DNA of 64,000 bases, from IMG/VR virus record IMGVR_UViG_3300027734_000045, positions 1 to 64,000 of that record; one strand, 5' to 3'. Each line of letters begins with the position of its first letter. Position 1 is the first letter of the stretch. The notes under the pieces are model-generated. The model did not search any database. It was not told where the DNA came from and saw nothing but the letters and a program-made list of their open reading frames with translations. The translations under genes were made by a program, and so were the position numbers. Shown here one piece after another: positions 9,933 through 19,074 of the stretch. This DNA is from a virus.

Positions 9933-10065
9933 TTGTATAATAGTAAATAGAAAACCTAGCACTGCTCCAATATAAAGCACGATAGTACAATAAGATGATG
10001 TATAAACTTAGGTTTATCTTTATAGGATAGACACTAAGGAATGACCAATAGACATAAGGAGACCA

Positions 10066-10293
10066 ATGAACAACGAGAACAACTTTGAACAGCAGATGGA
10101 GATAGATGACATCGTAGATGGCATCATGGCTGATAACGAAAAACGAGTGCAAGAGATGGCAAGTAATCTTGTGAAGGAAATAATCAAGCAGGAGCACGCT
10201 AGAATCGCTGAGATAGTTGAAGATTACTTTGGTTCAAACCCGATGACACAAGAAATCGTCGACCTAATAAAAGGTAAATCTCCTAATGTGTAA
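10066..10293 (+). CDS. Hypothetical protein (paralog family B, E..RI...IKG)
   Basis: AAGGAG SD; EHARIAEIV...LIKGK. Confidence 0.7.
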   Translation: MNNENNFEQQMEIDDIVDGIMADNEKRVQEMASNLVKEIIKQEHARIAEIVEDYFGSNPMTQEIVDLIKGKSPNV

Positions 10294-10558
10294 TGGAAAC
10301 TGCGTCTGCGGACAAGAAGCCAACGAAGACAAGACCGCGAGCCGTGGCGCGGCTATTCCAGTAGTTAGTGCTGCAGAAATGAGCTGGCTTAGACAAGGAC
10401 TTGAAGAGGGCAAGTATCGCGAGCGCGAACGCCTCGTGCAGCTGCTACAAAAGGAATTCAACTCATCGACTACTCTCGATGAAATTATAGAACTTATCAA
10501 TGACGAAACAACAAACAACAACACAAAGGAGATACAAAATGAAAAAGACAACAGCTAA
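10286..10558 (+). CDS. Hypothetical protein (family B)
   Basis: GLEEGKYRERERLVQLL; overlaps its neighbours. Confidence 0.65.
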   Translation: MCNGNCVCGQEANEDKTASRGAAIPVVSAAEMSWLRQGLEEGKYRERERLVQLLQKEFNSSTTLDEIIELINDETTNNNTKEIQNEKDNS

Positions 10559-10781
10559 GCAAAAGAGCACCGAGGCTTACGACTGGTTCGTAAACAAGTA
10601 CACCAAGCGTGGCTACCGTTCATTGAGCCACTTTGCCGAGGAGACTGGCATGCAGAAGTCTAGCCTAAGCAGATACTTCCACCTTGAGCGTCAGATTCCA
10701 TCTGGCACAGTTGGCAAGCTTTGCGCTATCCTAAACGTAAAGCCTACTGAACTACTAACCGTAATCGGCGCACTAGACTAG
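10539..10781 (+). CDS. XRE-family HTH protein
   Basis: SLSHFAEETGMQKSSLSRYF...LCAILNV; AAGGAG SD before the ATG at 10539. Confidence 0.8.
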   Translation: MKKTTAKQKSTEAYDWFVNKYTKRGYRSLSHFAEETGMQKSSLSRYFHLERQIPSGTVGKLCAILNVKPTELLTVIGALD

Positions 10782-10987
10782 TGAGCAGTGGCATACCTGG
10801 TTCGATGACGGACATTGCGTTTGGCGCGGGGGAAATTGCTGCGCGTGTCCGCATCGCCGGGTTGCTGCGAGCCGAAATTGAACGGGTTAGTAATCCGATG
10901 ATGGTTGACCGCGAGTACCTAGACGGGCTTGAGGCAGCACTTGAGATAGTTGAAGAGTTTAAGGTTGCCGAACATGGAAAACGCTAA
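10781..10987 (+). CDS. Hypothetical protein (family B-like)
   Basis: FGAGEIAARVRIAGLL; translationally coupled. Confidence 0.6.
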   Translation: MSSGIPGSMTDIAFGAGEIAARVRIAGLLRAEIERVSNPMMVDREYLDGLEAALEIVEEFKVAEHGKR

Positions 10988-11153
10988 GGCCTTTGTTCTT
11001 GGATTTGAGGCTGGAGAAGCAGCCGAGAAGGAGCGCATTGTGAAGTTGCTGAGTGGTATTGCTTGGGCAAGTATCTGTAAGACTAATGATGAATCTCGCG
11101 TGGTCGGCACTAGAGACTTGATTGCTCTTATCAAAGGAGAGACGAATGAATGA
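10974..11153 (+). CDS. Hypothetical protein (family B)
   Basis: GFEAGEAAEKERIVKLL...LIALIKGE. Confidence 0.65.
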   Translation: MENAKAFVLGFEAGEAAEKERIVKLLSGIAWASICKTNDESRVVGTRDLIALIKGETNE

Positions 11154-11370
11154 CTACCCACATGACCCGGAGCAAGAAGCTATTGATATTAGACGAGGAA
11201 TTGTTCGTCAACAGCAAGCTTCATATGAAAGCTTTATTAAAACAGAAGAACGTACTCGCATCATAAACCTGCTAGTAGAGAGCAGTAAATGCACTTTGGA
11301 TGGTGGGCATAATCAACTTGGCTATTGTTTTTGCGAGGCTGTAGAGCTTATTAAGGGAGAGAACAAATGA
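11146..11370 (+). CDS. Hypothetical protein (family B)
   Basis: EERTRIINLL...AVELIKGE. Confidence 0.65.
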   Translation: MNDYPHDPEQEAIDIRRGIVRQQQASYESFIKTEERTRIINLLVESSKCTLDGGHNQLGYCFCEAVELIKGENK

Positions 11371-11549
11371 GCGGTATTGAAGCCTACGATTTGGGTAGAG
11401 AAGATGGGGCTGCTGAAGAGCGCAAGCGCATCCTGGATTGGCTTGAAAAGAATCGTACAGGAATTGAAATAGACGATGGCGTGTTTATGTACCGAGACCA
11501 CTTCCGTTCTGAAGACATCATTGCCTTTATCAAGGGAGAAACTGAATGA
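11367..11549 (+). CDS. Hypothetical protein (family B)
   Basis: GREDGAAEERKRILDWL...IIAFIKGE. Confidence 0.65.
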   Translation: MSGIEAYDLGREDGAAEERKRILDWLEKNRTGIEIDDGVFMYRDHFRSEDIIAFIKGETE

Positions 11550-11869
11550 GCGAAAAAGTAAATACACATAGGATTTGGGAATGTGTCAAAGACGACGTGG
11601 ACTTAGCCAAAGAGTTTGGTGAGCACGAATTTGAGACGCAACGCTTGGTGGTGCGGACTGCTCACTCTTACATAATGCGACGAGACGACCTGCACCTTCA
11701 ACTAAAGACCTTGTACAAAAACATCTCTCAAACTGAACTTACTGATGAAGAATTTGGTGAGGCTATTGCATCACTTGAGCATCTTACCAAGGAGGCAATG
11801 CTTTTGCTACGCAGAGATGAAGAAATAACTGAAGTAATCTGGAAGATGATGGAGCCGATAAATGAATGA
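11546..11869 (+). CDS. Hypothetical protein
   Basis: ATGA overlap with the upstream gene, SD present. Confidence 0.6.
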   Translation: MSEKVNTHRIWECVKDDVDLAKEFGEHEFETQRLVVRTAHSYIMRRDDLHLQLKTLYKNISQTELTDEEFGEAIASLEHLTKEAMLLLRRDEEITEVIWKMMEPINE

Positions 11870-12050
11870 CAAAGTAAGTAAAAAAGAGATTCTGGTATTT
11901 GCTGGGATTTTCACTGTGATGATTGGAGCCCTGATTTACGGGTTCTTTTTCGCAGGTGCTGGACAGGTAGACAACTGCTGGGACAAGTACACGACTGAGC
12001 AGGAAGCAATAATGAACTGCGAAACTCACGGACCAATTGAGGAGGACTAG
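11862..12050 (+). CDS. Small membrane protein
   Basis: One TM helix followed by CWDKYTTE..AI..CE. Confidence 0.6.
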   Translation: MNDKVSKKEILVFAGIFTVMIGALIYGFFFAGAGQVDNCWDKYTTEQEAIMNCETHGPIEED

Positions 12051-12251
12051 ATGAAAGAACTAATAGTGATGATGGAGCCGATGGCAGAGTCTAGTGATGT
12101 CGGTCTACAAATCTTTGGCGCCGTTGTGGTGTCTGTATTTTTGACCACGCTGGTAGTCTCATTGGCGGCCGCTGTAATTAACCGGGCTGAAGCGATTAGA
12201 CGACTAGAGCAGGAGATAAAGAGGTTAACAGATGTCATCGCCAATAAGTAA
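12051..12251 (+). CDS. Small membrane protein
   Basis: GAGGA SD; one hydrophobic helix plus a coiled tail. Confidence 0.55.
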   Translation: MKELIVMMEPMAESSDVGLQIFGAVVVSVFLTTLVVSLAAAVINRAEAIRRLEQEIKRLTDVIANK

Positions 12252-12594
12252 GCTGCCTGACAAGATAAAGATTGGTCCACAGTACTTTACCGTAGAGCAG
12301 AGAAACCGTAACGAGGACGCCACTCTTAACGATGGCGCGTACGGATACACTATTGACGATGGCAACATAATAGTCTTAGACCAAGGCGTAAGCAAAACTA
12401 AGAAACAGGTCACGCTGCTTCATGAAATCATGCACAGCATTAGGATGATAAACGACGCGTTCCCTAAGCCGGGCAAGGAAGATGACTTTGAAGCGTGGGA
12501 GCACTTCTTTATCGCCATGTGGGAGTCTAACCTTTTGATGGTGCTAAAGGATAATCCAAAACTAACTGATTGGTTGCTAGACAAAAATGAATAA
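12232..12594 (+). CDS. HExxH metallopeptidase-like protein
   Basis: YG.T......I.L.......VTLLHEIMH followed by a downstream Glu. Confidence 0.7.
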   Translation: MSSPISKLPDKIKIGPQYFTVEQRNRNEDATLNDGAYGYTIDDGNIIVLDQGVSKTKKQVTLLHEIMHSIRMINDAFPKPGKEDDFEAWEHFFIAMWESNLLMVLKDNPKLTDWLLDKNE

Positions 12595-12778
12595 AAAAGA
12601 TGTAGTCTTGGCGCTTACTTTTTGGGTAGGCTATACTTCTATAATCGCTGGACTGTACGCGGCAGCGGCTAACTGGGAAGCACATTCTATAATTGGCGGA
12701 ACCTTTTTTGTGATTATCTCTAGTTGTCTTATAACTGCTTTGACAGTTGGAAGTCAAAACAAAGATAGAGATGACTGA
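12587..12778 (+). CDS. Small two-TM membrane protein
   Basis: Two hydrophobic segments. Confidence 0.55.
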   Translation: MNKKDVVLALTFWVGYTSIIAGLYAAAANWEAHSIIGGTFFVIISSCLITALTVGSQNKDRDD

Positions 12779-13445
12779 CGCCGCTACGAGTGGTGACCCA
12801 GGAATTGCGCTACTATACGCTCGTGTCTCTACGCAACTACAGGTAAATGACGGCGTCTCTCTTGACGTTCAAGAACGCTCACTGCGAGCCGCGGCCAGTT
12901 TGGCTGGGTTCGACAAGATGGAACTTGTCCGCGAAGAGGGTCGCTCAGGCAAAAGCATTAGCGGACGACCAGCGCTTACTGAGAGCTTGCGTAGATTAGA
13001 CGCAGGCGAGGCACAGGCGCTGTTCGTGACGCGCATCGATAGGCTTGCAAGAAGCACCAAGGACTTCCTGTCAATAGTTGATAGGGCAAATACAAATGGC
13101 TGGCGCATCGTGATGTTAGACCTAAACCTAGACACCTTGACTTATCAGGGAAGATTTGTAGTGACCATCATGTCAGCGCTTGCTGAGATGGAACGCGCCA
13201 TCATCGCTGAGCGTCAAAAGGACGTGCACAAGGATAGGCGAGACCGTGGAATCAAGTGGGGAGTGGACATGGGTCCGATGAACAAAACCCCGCAGGAGAT
13301 AAAGGATTACATCGCTAAACTGCGAGCCGCTGGCATGAGCTACGCTAAGATAGCGGATAGACTAAACGCAGACGAGACACCTACTCAGAATGGAAGACGT
13401 TGGTACGCAACAACGGTGAAAAACATCTATGACACAATCAAGTGA
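12771..13445 (+). CDS. Small serine recombinase (resolvase/invertase family)
   Basis: YARVST with catalytic Ser, SGK...RP.L, V.RIDRLARS, AEMER and a C-terminal IA..LN...TPT..G..W HTH. Confidence 0.9.
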   Translation: MTDAATSGDPGIALLYARVSTQLQVNDGVSLDVQERSLRAAASLAGFDKMELVREEGRSGKSISGRPALTESLRRLDAGEAQALFVTRIDRLARSTKDFLSIVDRANTNGWRIVMLDLNLDTLTYQGRFVVTIMSALAEMERAIIAERQKDVHKDRRDRGIKWGVDMGPMNKTPQEIKDYIAKLRAAGMSYAKIADRLNADETPTQNGRRWYATTVKNIYDTIK

Positions 13446-13549
13446 GGAAGACATGAAGCTAAAGGTAAAGCGGTTCAAGGAAGCTCGGGCAGCTGAAAGA
13501 AAACGTGAGTTTGAAAAGGCTAAGAGAGAACGTAAGAAGAAAGAGAAAA

Positions 13550-14830
13550 ATGAAGGCTAACTACAAAACAAAGGACGCCGTGGTCTATCACGGCAACTGC
13601 CTTGACGTACTGAAGACCTTGGCTGATAACTCAGTTGACGCCATAATCACCGACCCGCCTTATGACCTGACCGGAGGCGATGGCTCTAAGGGTGGATTCA
13701 TGGGCAACAGTTGGGACGCCACTGGAGTTGCCTTTAGAAAAGAAACTTGGGAGGAGTGCCTGCGCGTACTAAAACCTGGCGGGCATCTACTTTCGTTTGG
13801 AGGAACGCGAACCTGGCACCGCATGGCGACTGCAATCGAGGACGCAGGCTTTGAGATTCGCGACAACATCATGTGGATTTATGGAAAGGCATTTCCAAAG
13901 TCGCACAACATCAGCAAGGCTATCGATAGGAAACTGGGAGCCGTCAGGCAGGTAATCGGAGTCAACAAGAACGTAGTTAGAGAATCAAAGAAACGCGGAG
14001 GAAGCGACTACACTGGTTTCACCAAGGCAAACCCTGAGATTACGGCCGCAGCGACAGACGAAGCTAAACAGTGGGAAGGCTGGGGCACTGCGCTAAAGCC
14101 TTGCGTTGAGCCGATAGTTCTTGCGCGCAAACCGGTTGAAGGCACCGTCGCGGAAAACGTTCTGAAGTGGGGAACAGGTGGAATCAACATCGATGGTTCG
14201 CGCATTCCTGCTGGAGCTAATGAAACATTCGAAAACGTGACAGGGCAACCGATTACAAAACTTGCAACGCGACGAGCCGGCGAGACAGATGAGGAATATG
14301 AGAACAGAGTCAACAACTCTCCAGAGCAACAGGTCGCGCTTGATAAGCTAAAGAACATTGGAAGGTTTCCAGCGAACATCATTCTTGACGAGGAGGCCGC
14401 TGCCTTGATGGATAAGCAAAGTGGACACAGCAAATCAGGTGGTGCGATAAATCGCTGGAAGGGAGGAGCACGACCTTGGGGAGGAGCTGCGGGCAAGGAG
14501 TACGAATCTGTTCCTGGTCCGAGTGACGAAGGTGGAGCATCGAGGTTCTTCTACGTAGCGAAGGCTGGCGCCAAGGACCGCAGTGAGGGTCTAGAGGGAT
14601 TCAAAAATGAGCACCCGACCGTCAAGCCGACTAAGCTAATGCAGTACCTCTGCGACCTAATCACGCCTCCTGGAGGTACAATTCTAGACCCGTTTACCGG
14701 GTCAGGCTCAACGGGCAAAGCTGCTCTGCTAAACGGATACAAGTTTATTGGAATAGAGATGACTGAGGAGTACCTGCCAATAATCGAGGCAAGACTTAAG
14801 CACGCGGCTAAAAACAACCGTGTAAAATAG
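13550..14830 (+). CDS. DNA N6-adenine/N4-cytosine methyltransferase (beta class)
   Basis: TDPPY precedes HPTVKP and DPFTGSGST. Confidence 0.93.
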   Translation: MKANYKTKDAVVYHGNCLDVLKTLADNSVDAIITDPPYDLTGGDGSKGGFMGNSWDATGVAFRKETWEECLRVLKPGGHLLSFGGTRTWHRMATAIEDAGFEIRDNIMWIYGKAFPKSHNISKAIDRKLGAVRQVIGVNKNVVRESKKRGGSDYTGFTKANPEITAAATDEAKQWEGWGTALKPCVEPIVLARKPVEGTVAENVLKWGTGGINIDGSRIPAGANETFENVTGQPITKLATRRAGETDEEYENRVNNSPEQQVALDKLKNIGRFPANIILDEEAAALMDKQSGHSKSGGAINRWKGGARPWGGAAGKEYESVPGPSDEGGASRFFYVAKAGAKDRSEGLEGFKNEHPTVKPTKLMQYLCDLITPPGGTILDPFTGSGSTGKAALLNGYKFIGIEMTEEYLPIIEARLKHAAKNNRVK

Positions 14831-14857
14831 ACGAGACAAAGAAAGAAAAGGTGCAAG

Positions 14858-15178
14858 ATGACAGTTAAAGAAATACACGCAGACGACTTTATTCCTGAGG
14901 TAGTCCGGGCAGGTGGACTTGTTTTAGTAGACTTCTGGGCTCCGTGGTGCGGACCGTGCAAGATGATGAACCCGGTGTTTGAAGACATCGCTACAGAGTA
15001 CGATGGCGCAATCAAGGTCGTAAAGATAAACGCCGATGAAGCTCCAGAGATGACTCAGGAGTTTGGAATCAGTTCTATTCCGACTACCATTGTTTACAAA
15101 GATGGAGTAAGAGTGAAGACTATTGTTGGAGCAAAGCCTAAGCCGGGTCTACTAAAAGAATTGCAAGATTTTATGTAA
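14858..15178 (+). CDS. trxA: Thioredoxin
   Basis: VDFWAPWCGPCK and SIPT motifs. Confidence 0.95.
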   Translation: MTVKEIHADDFIPEVVRAGGLVLVDFWAPWCGPCKMMNPVFEDIATEYDGAIKVVKINADEAPEMTQEFGISSIPTTIVYKDGVRVKTIVGAKPKPGLLKELQDFM

Positions 15179-15226
15179 GCTTGTGTTATAGTTGTATTGG
15201 ACATGGTGTTGCTGTTGTCCTTCCTT

Positions 15227-15271
15227 AAAAAGATTCCCTCAGGTAGTTGCCCGCCTGAGGGATTTCTTTTT
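15227..15271. terminator. Bidirectional intrinsic terminator
   Basis: TCCCTCAGG-loop-CCTGAGGGA stem flanked by A and T tracts between convergent genes. Confidence 0.8.
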
Positions 15272-15280
15272 AAGAAGTGA

Positions 15281-15811
15281 TTACGCCTTCTTGGTAGGAA
15301 CTACCTTCTTGACTGCGCCAACAACCTTAGCTGCTACAGACTTCTTAGGAGCTGCATTGAAAAGCTTTAGTGGGTCGACTAGACGCTCGAATGGAAGCAG
15401 GTGAGCTTCTACTCCTGCGAAGTTCTTTCCCATTGTTGCAACGGTCATGTGTAGGTGAGCTCCTGTTGAAGCTGAGCCTGAAGGGGTGTTCTTTCCTCCG
15501 CCGACTAGACCTAGTACAGTCTGTCCACCGACAACCTTGTCACCCTTCTTTAGGGTTGGTGCTGCTGCAAGGTGAGCGTAAAGAACCCAGTGCTTAGCGT
15601 CTGCTGATGAGTGAACGATGATGTGACCAAGCACGTCTGTCCAGCCAACAAGTCCAACGGTGCCATCGCAGATTGCCTTGATTGGACTCTTCTCCTTTGG
15701 CGCCCAGTCCTGTCCTCTGTGTGGACGTCCGTTGCGGTATGGTGCTAGGTTGCCGAGCTCGTCTCCGCGAAGCTTTGGGTCAAATGGTTCGTAATAAATT
15801 ACGTCTGCCAT
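15281..15811 (-). CDS. M23 peptidase (endolysin candidate)
   Basis: HRGQD, YAHL and STGAHLH motifs. Confidence 0.88.
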   Translation of the reverse strand: MADVIYYEPFDPKLRGDELGNLAPYRNGRPHRGQDWAPKEKSPIKAICDGTVGLVGWTDVLGHIIVHSSADAKHWVLYAHLAAAPTLKKGDKVVGGQTVLGLVGGGKNTPSGSASTGAHLHMTVATMGKNFAGVEAHLLPFERLVDPLKLFNAAPKKSVAAKVVGAVKKVVPTKKA

Positions 15812-15864
15812 GTTTTTCTCCTTAGTAAATGAATGGGGGTTTGCGGTTAATTCTAACTTAGTTC

Positions 15865-16059
15865 TTACTCGTCGTCTTTTTCACGACGGATAGGAAACGT
15901 TAGCACCCAAATTAGCAAGGTGATTCCAATCAACTTGCCAACTATTTCTCTGGCAGAGCCTTCTAGAAGAACCCAACCTAGCGCGAGACCTAGTAGGGTC
16001 CAAGCCTGGTCGAGCAAATCCTTGAATAGGTCTGCGATGAACTTTGTTATTTTCTTCAT
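15865..16059 (-). CDS. Small two-TM membrane protein (holin candidate)
   Basis: MKKITKF...; two hydrophobic helices and a charged tail; directly upstream of the M23 gene. Confidence 0.55.
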   Translation of the reverse strand: MKKITKFIADLFKDLLDQAWTLLGLALGWVLLEGSAREIVGKLIGITLLIWVLTFPIRREKDDE

Positions 16060-16060
16060 G

Positions 16061-18946
16061 TTACTGCTTTCTTCTAAATGAACCGCTTGAGCTAGCTGAA
16101 GCCATAGCGGCTGTCTGTGCGATTTGTCCAACGACAAGTGTGGTGACCACGAGTGTTTGTGCCTTTTTACGAGCCTTAGGTGAGATGTCGGCACCAACGT
16201 TTCCAACTAAGTTGAAGATTGCAACTACCGCCTTGGCTGCCTCTCCAACACCTGGAATAGAAGCCAGTGTTTCGTCGACTACGATGTCGTCCTGTTGGGC
16301 AGCTAGGAGCAACGCGTCAAGAGCTTGCTCGTATTCGGCGGAGCCTTCCTCGGCTGTTTCAAAAGTTTCTAACGCTGCCACTACAAGTTGCTCTGCCTGC
16401 GCCTCGGTAAGTTCCGTTGGGTCTACCTGCGCTAGGTCGATCTCCATAAGGTTATCCGCGGACAGGTCTTCAGGAATATCGGGTGAGCCCTCTGGTTCTG
16501 GAGCTGGGATGTCGATGGTTGCCTGCGCTTCTTCGAACGCCTGTGGAATACCTGTTGTGTCGACTGCGTCGTACGAGGAGGCGAGGGTGAGTGTTGAGGT
16601 AGACAGTGAGGTTTCAGCGGCTGACTTATCCAAGAGCGCAGTCTGTTCTAAACCTTGAGCCGAGACCAGTTCTACGGAGACGGAATCGACGTTGGTTTTG
16701 ATGTTGTTGGTTGTTTGGGTTGTGGCTGCTAGTTCTGACTGACGGGATTCCACCTCCGTGGTTGCTGCCTTCTCGTCGTTGACCGCCATGGCTAGGGACG
16801 TATCCGCGATTGCCTTATCCTGTCGCGCGGTTGCAAGTGAGAAGGCCGCCTGCTCGTTTTCAGACTGCGCGGTGGCCTCATCATCAACGGCGCTAGATAG
16901 TGAGGAGGTAGCCGCGTCTACGTTATCTTGAGCCGTGTTGGCAGCTATGGTCGCGCCTGAGTGCTCGTCTGTAAGAGTATTGTACGCCTGCTGGTTCTCT
17001 GAGACGACTTGGCTTAGCGGGTCGACCTCGGCGGACAAGGCGTTGAGTACACCCGCTGTATCGATGACGTTGTAGTATCCTGTCTGCGAATCTTGAGCCG
17101 CCTGCTGCTGGTTAGCTTGAGCTACAGTCCAGGCTTGCGTTGCCTCCTGCGCTGTCTGCGTTGCCTGGTCGTACTCCTGCTGCGCAAGTTGAAGAGCCGG
17201 GAGCAGAGACGGGTCGTTGATAAAAGGAGTGACCTGACCAGGAACTATCTCGGTGGTGTAGTAGGTTTCCTCGACGTAGGTGGTGACCTCTTCGTAGACG
17301 GTTTCTGTGGTCGCGGTCGTACCTAGGTAGGCGGCAGGAACAAGTTGATAGCCTGTTTGAGGAGTGTAGTAATAAAGCCAGACGTTAGCTCCGCCACCGT
17401 TCTCGTAATAATAAAGAGTGATGCTGTGGGTAGAACCGCCCTCTAGGTAGATTGGAGCAGAGGTAGAACCGCCACCTCCTTTATCTCGCCAGTCGCTGAT
17501 GATTTGAACTCCGTCGATTTGGAGAATTGTTCCGTCGTCCGCTGGAGAGTAGAACTGGTAGCTGCCAGAGGTTGGGAATGAGATGTTTCCAGTAAAGCGA
17601 ACGATCACGTCCTCGGAACGCCCTGAGCCTAGAACCTCTCCTCCTCCCCAGTTGAAGTTGACATCTGGAACTGTGACCGTGCGGATAGGTCTTTCATTCT
17701 GAGTAGGCAGAGGCGGAGCGTTGTTATAGCCCTGTCTGTTGAAGACGTCCGCCGTTAGACCACCTGTAAGAGTTGTGACGGTGCGAGGAACTAGAGTCAT
17801 GGTTGGAACTAAGCGGGTGTGCGCTTGCTCGTAGGTGAGCGGACTCCAGGCTGGGTCCTGTATTAGATAGGTGTCGTAATCAGACTGGCGCTGTTGCAGA
17901 ATTGCTTGTTTTTGATTTAGGTTTTGCTGAGTCTCTTGCGCGTTTGCCTGAGCCGCTAGGTACTCGCCATAGACTGTATTATAGGTGTCTAGTAATTGGT
18001 TATAGCGGACCACTACGTTATCGTAGTTTGACCTGGCAGTTGAGACCTCGAGCTGCTTGGCAGACAGAGCTTGTTGAGCCGAGGTCAGTTCCTCGAGTGA
18101 GACGCCTTTTCTTGAGAGGGTGTCAGATAGATAGGTGTTTGCTTCCTGTAGGTTTTGTTGAGCCGTGGTGAGGATTAGACGGGCTGTCTCGGTCTTAGCC
18201 TTCGACTGCTCCAGTTTGAGTGACGCCTTGTTGGCCGCTATAGTTCTGACGTTTAGTTCGCTGGTCGCTCCGGATGAGACCTGCTCGGCCTGGACCCTGG
18301 CAGAGGTTGCGGAGTTGAGAGCCGCGAGCGCGTTGGCTGCGTTTGAGGTAGCCTGGTCGAGATTTTGTTGGGCAAGTGTATAATCGACGTTTAGAAGACG
18401 GAGCCTCTCCTCGGTCGCAGTTCTTGAGGAGACCGCCTGGTTGTAGCGGGTGACGATCTTTGCTAGAGTCTCGGCCGCAGTTTGATAGGCAACTAGTTCC
18501 TGGCGGAGCTGTCTTACCTTACCCTCAAGGACCCTTATTTGACCCTCAAGGACCATAACCTTTTGGTCTAGGGTTTCCTTATTGGCTGGGTCAAGTGGAC
18601 TCTGAGAGGTCAGATTTGCAAGTTTTTCCTGGTAATTTGATAGAATAGACTCAGCGGCGGAAACATCCGCCTCTGTTATTAGATTAGGAGTCTGTGATGA
18701 AAGTTTCGTTTGAAGGATTCGACCTTGGAAGCTACCTGCTTGGAGTGGCAACCCCGCTTGTGCTTCTCTTTGTAGTTGCCGTTGTACAGGGAGTCCGAGC
18801 GCTGATACGCTCTCGTTCATAGCCATGGCCGACTGCGCCATGCAAAGCGGCGTAGAGAATAGAAGCACTGTTAGAGCAATCTGCGGTGCTTTTTTCTTTA
18901 GTTGTTTTGAGCGCTCTCCCTCGCCCCTGTTCGGGCGGAGTCTCAT
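16061..18946 (-). CDS. Exported coiled-coil protein with central PA14 domain
   Basis: N-terminal signal-like segment and long Ala/Gln heptad arms flanking a PA14 domain (VNFNWGGG, VRFTG, ADDG, YYENGGG); hydrophobic segment near the C-terminus. Confidence 0.8.
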   Translation of the reverse strand: MRLRPNRGEGERSKQLKKKAPQIALTVLLFSTPLCMAQSAMAMNESVSALGLPVQRQLQREAQAGLPLQAGSFQGRILQTKLSSQTPNLITEADVSAAESILSNYQEKLANLTSQSPLDPANKETLDQKVMVLEGQIRVLEGKVRQLRQELVAYQTAAETLAKIVTRYNQAVSSRTATEERLRLLNVDYTLAQQNLDQATSNAANALAALNSATSARVQAEQVSSGATSELNVRTIAANKASLKLEQSKAKTETARLILTTAQQNLQEANTYLSDTLSRKGVSLEELTSAQQALSAKQLEVSTARSNYDNVVVRYNQLLDTYNTVYGEYLAAQANAQETQQNLNQKQAILQQRQSDYDTYLIQDPAWSPLTYEQAHTRLVPTMTLVPRTVTTLTGGLTADVFNRQGYNNAPPLPTQNERPIRTVTVPDVNFNWGGGEVLGSGRSEDVIVRFTGNISFPTSGSYQFYSPADDGTILQIDGVQIISDWRDKGGGGSTSAPIYLEGGSTHSITLYYYENGGGANVWLYYYTPQTGYQLVPAAYLGTTATTETVYEEVTTYVEETYYTTEIVPGQVTPFINDPSLLPALQLAQQEYDQATQTAQEATQAWTVAQANQQQAAQDSQTGYYNVIDTAGVLNALSAEVDPLSQVVSENQQAYNTLTDEHSGATIAANTAQDNVDAATSSLSSAVDDEATAQSENEQAAFSLATARQDKAIADTSLAMAVNDEKAATTEVESRQSELAATTQTTNNIKTNVDSVSVELVSAQGLEQTALLDKSAAETSLSTSTLTLASSYDAVDTTGIPQAFEEAQATIDIPAPEPEGSPDIPEDLSADNLMEIDLAQVDPTELTEAQAEQLVVAALETFETAEEGSAEYEQALDALLLAAQQDDIVVDETLASIPGVGEAAKAVVAIFNLVGNVGADISPKARKKAQTLVVTTLVVGQIAQTAAMASASSSGSFRRKQ

Positions 18947-18967
18947 TTATACCTTTGCGTTAGTTAA

Positions 18968-19074
18968 GAAACTCGAGTGCGCCGGTCACCATGACTGGTG
19001 AACGACTTGAGTTGGGCCGTCTGGTCGATTACTCGAACCTCGGTGAATGTGTGCATTCCGGCGAACTCGGTCTC
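18968..19074 (-). ncRNA. Candidate structured 5' leader RNA of the PA14 operon
   Basis: Closing stems GAGAC/GTTTC, CGAGT/ACTCG and CGCCGG/CCGGCG enclose three hairpins, one with a GTAA tetraloop; TACAAT -10 at 19081-19086. Confidence 0.5.

Noticed and set aside
9369-9980. ORFs across the RNA cluster
   Set aside because: They overlap tmRNA/tRNA structures and lack SD or protein-like composition.
12771-13445. Integrase / prophage boundary or transposon
   Set aside because: A small resolvase-type enzyme without the large serine integrase zinc-ribbon domain; no att sites, terminal inverted repeats or flanking host genes seen.
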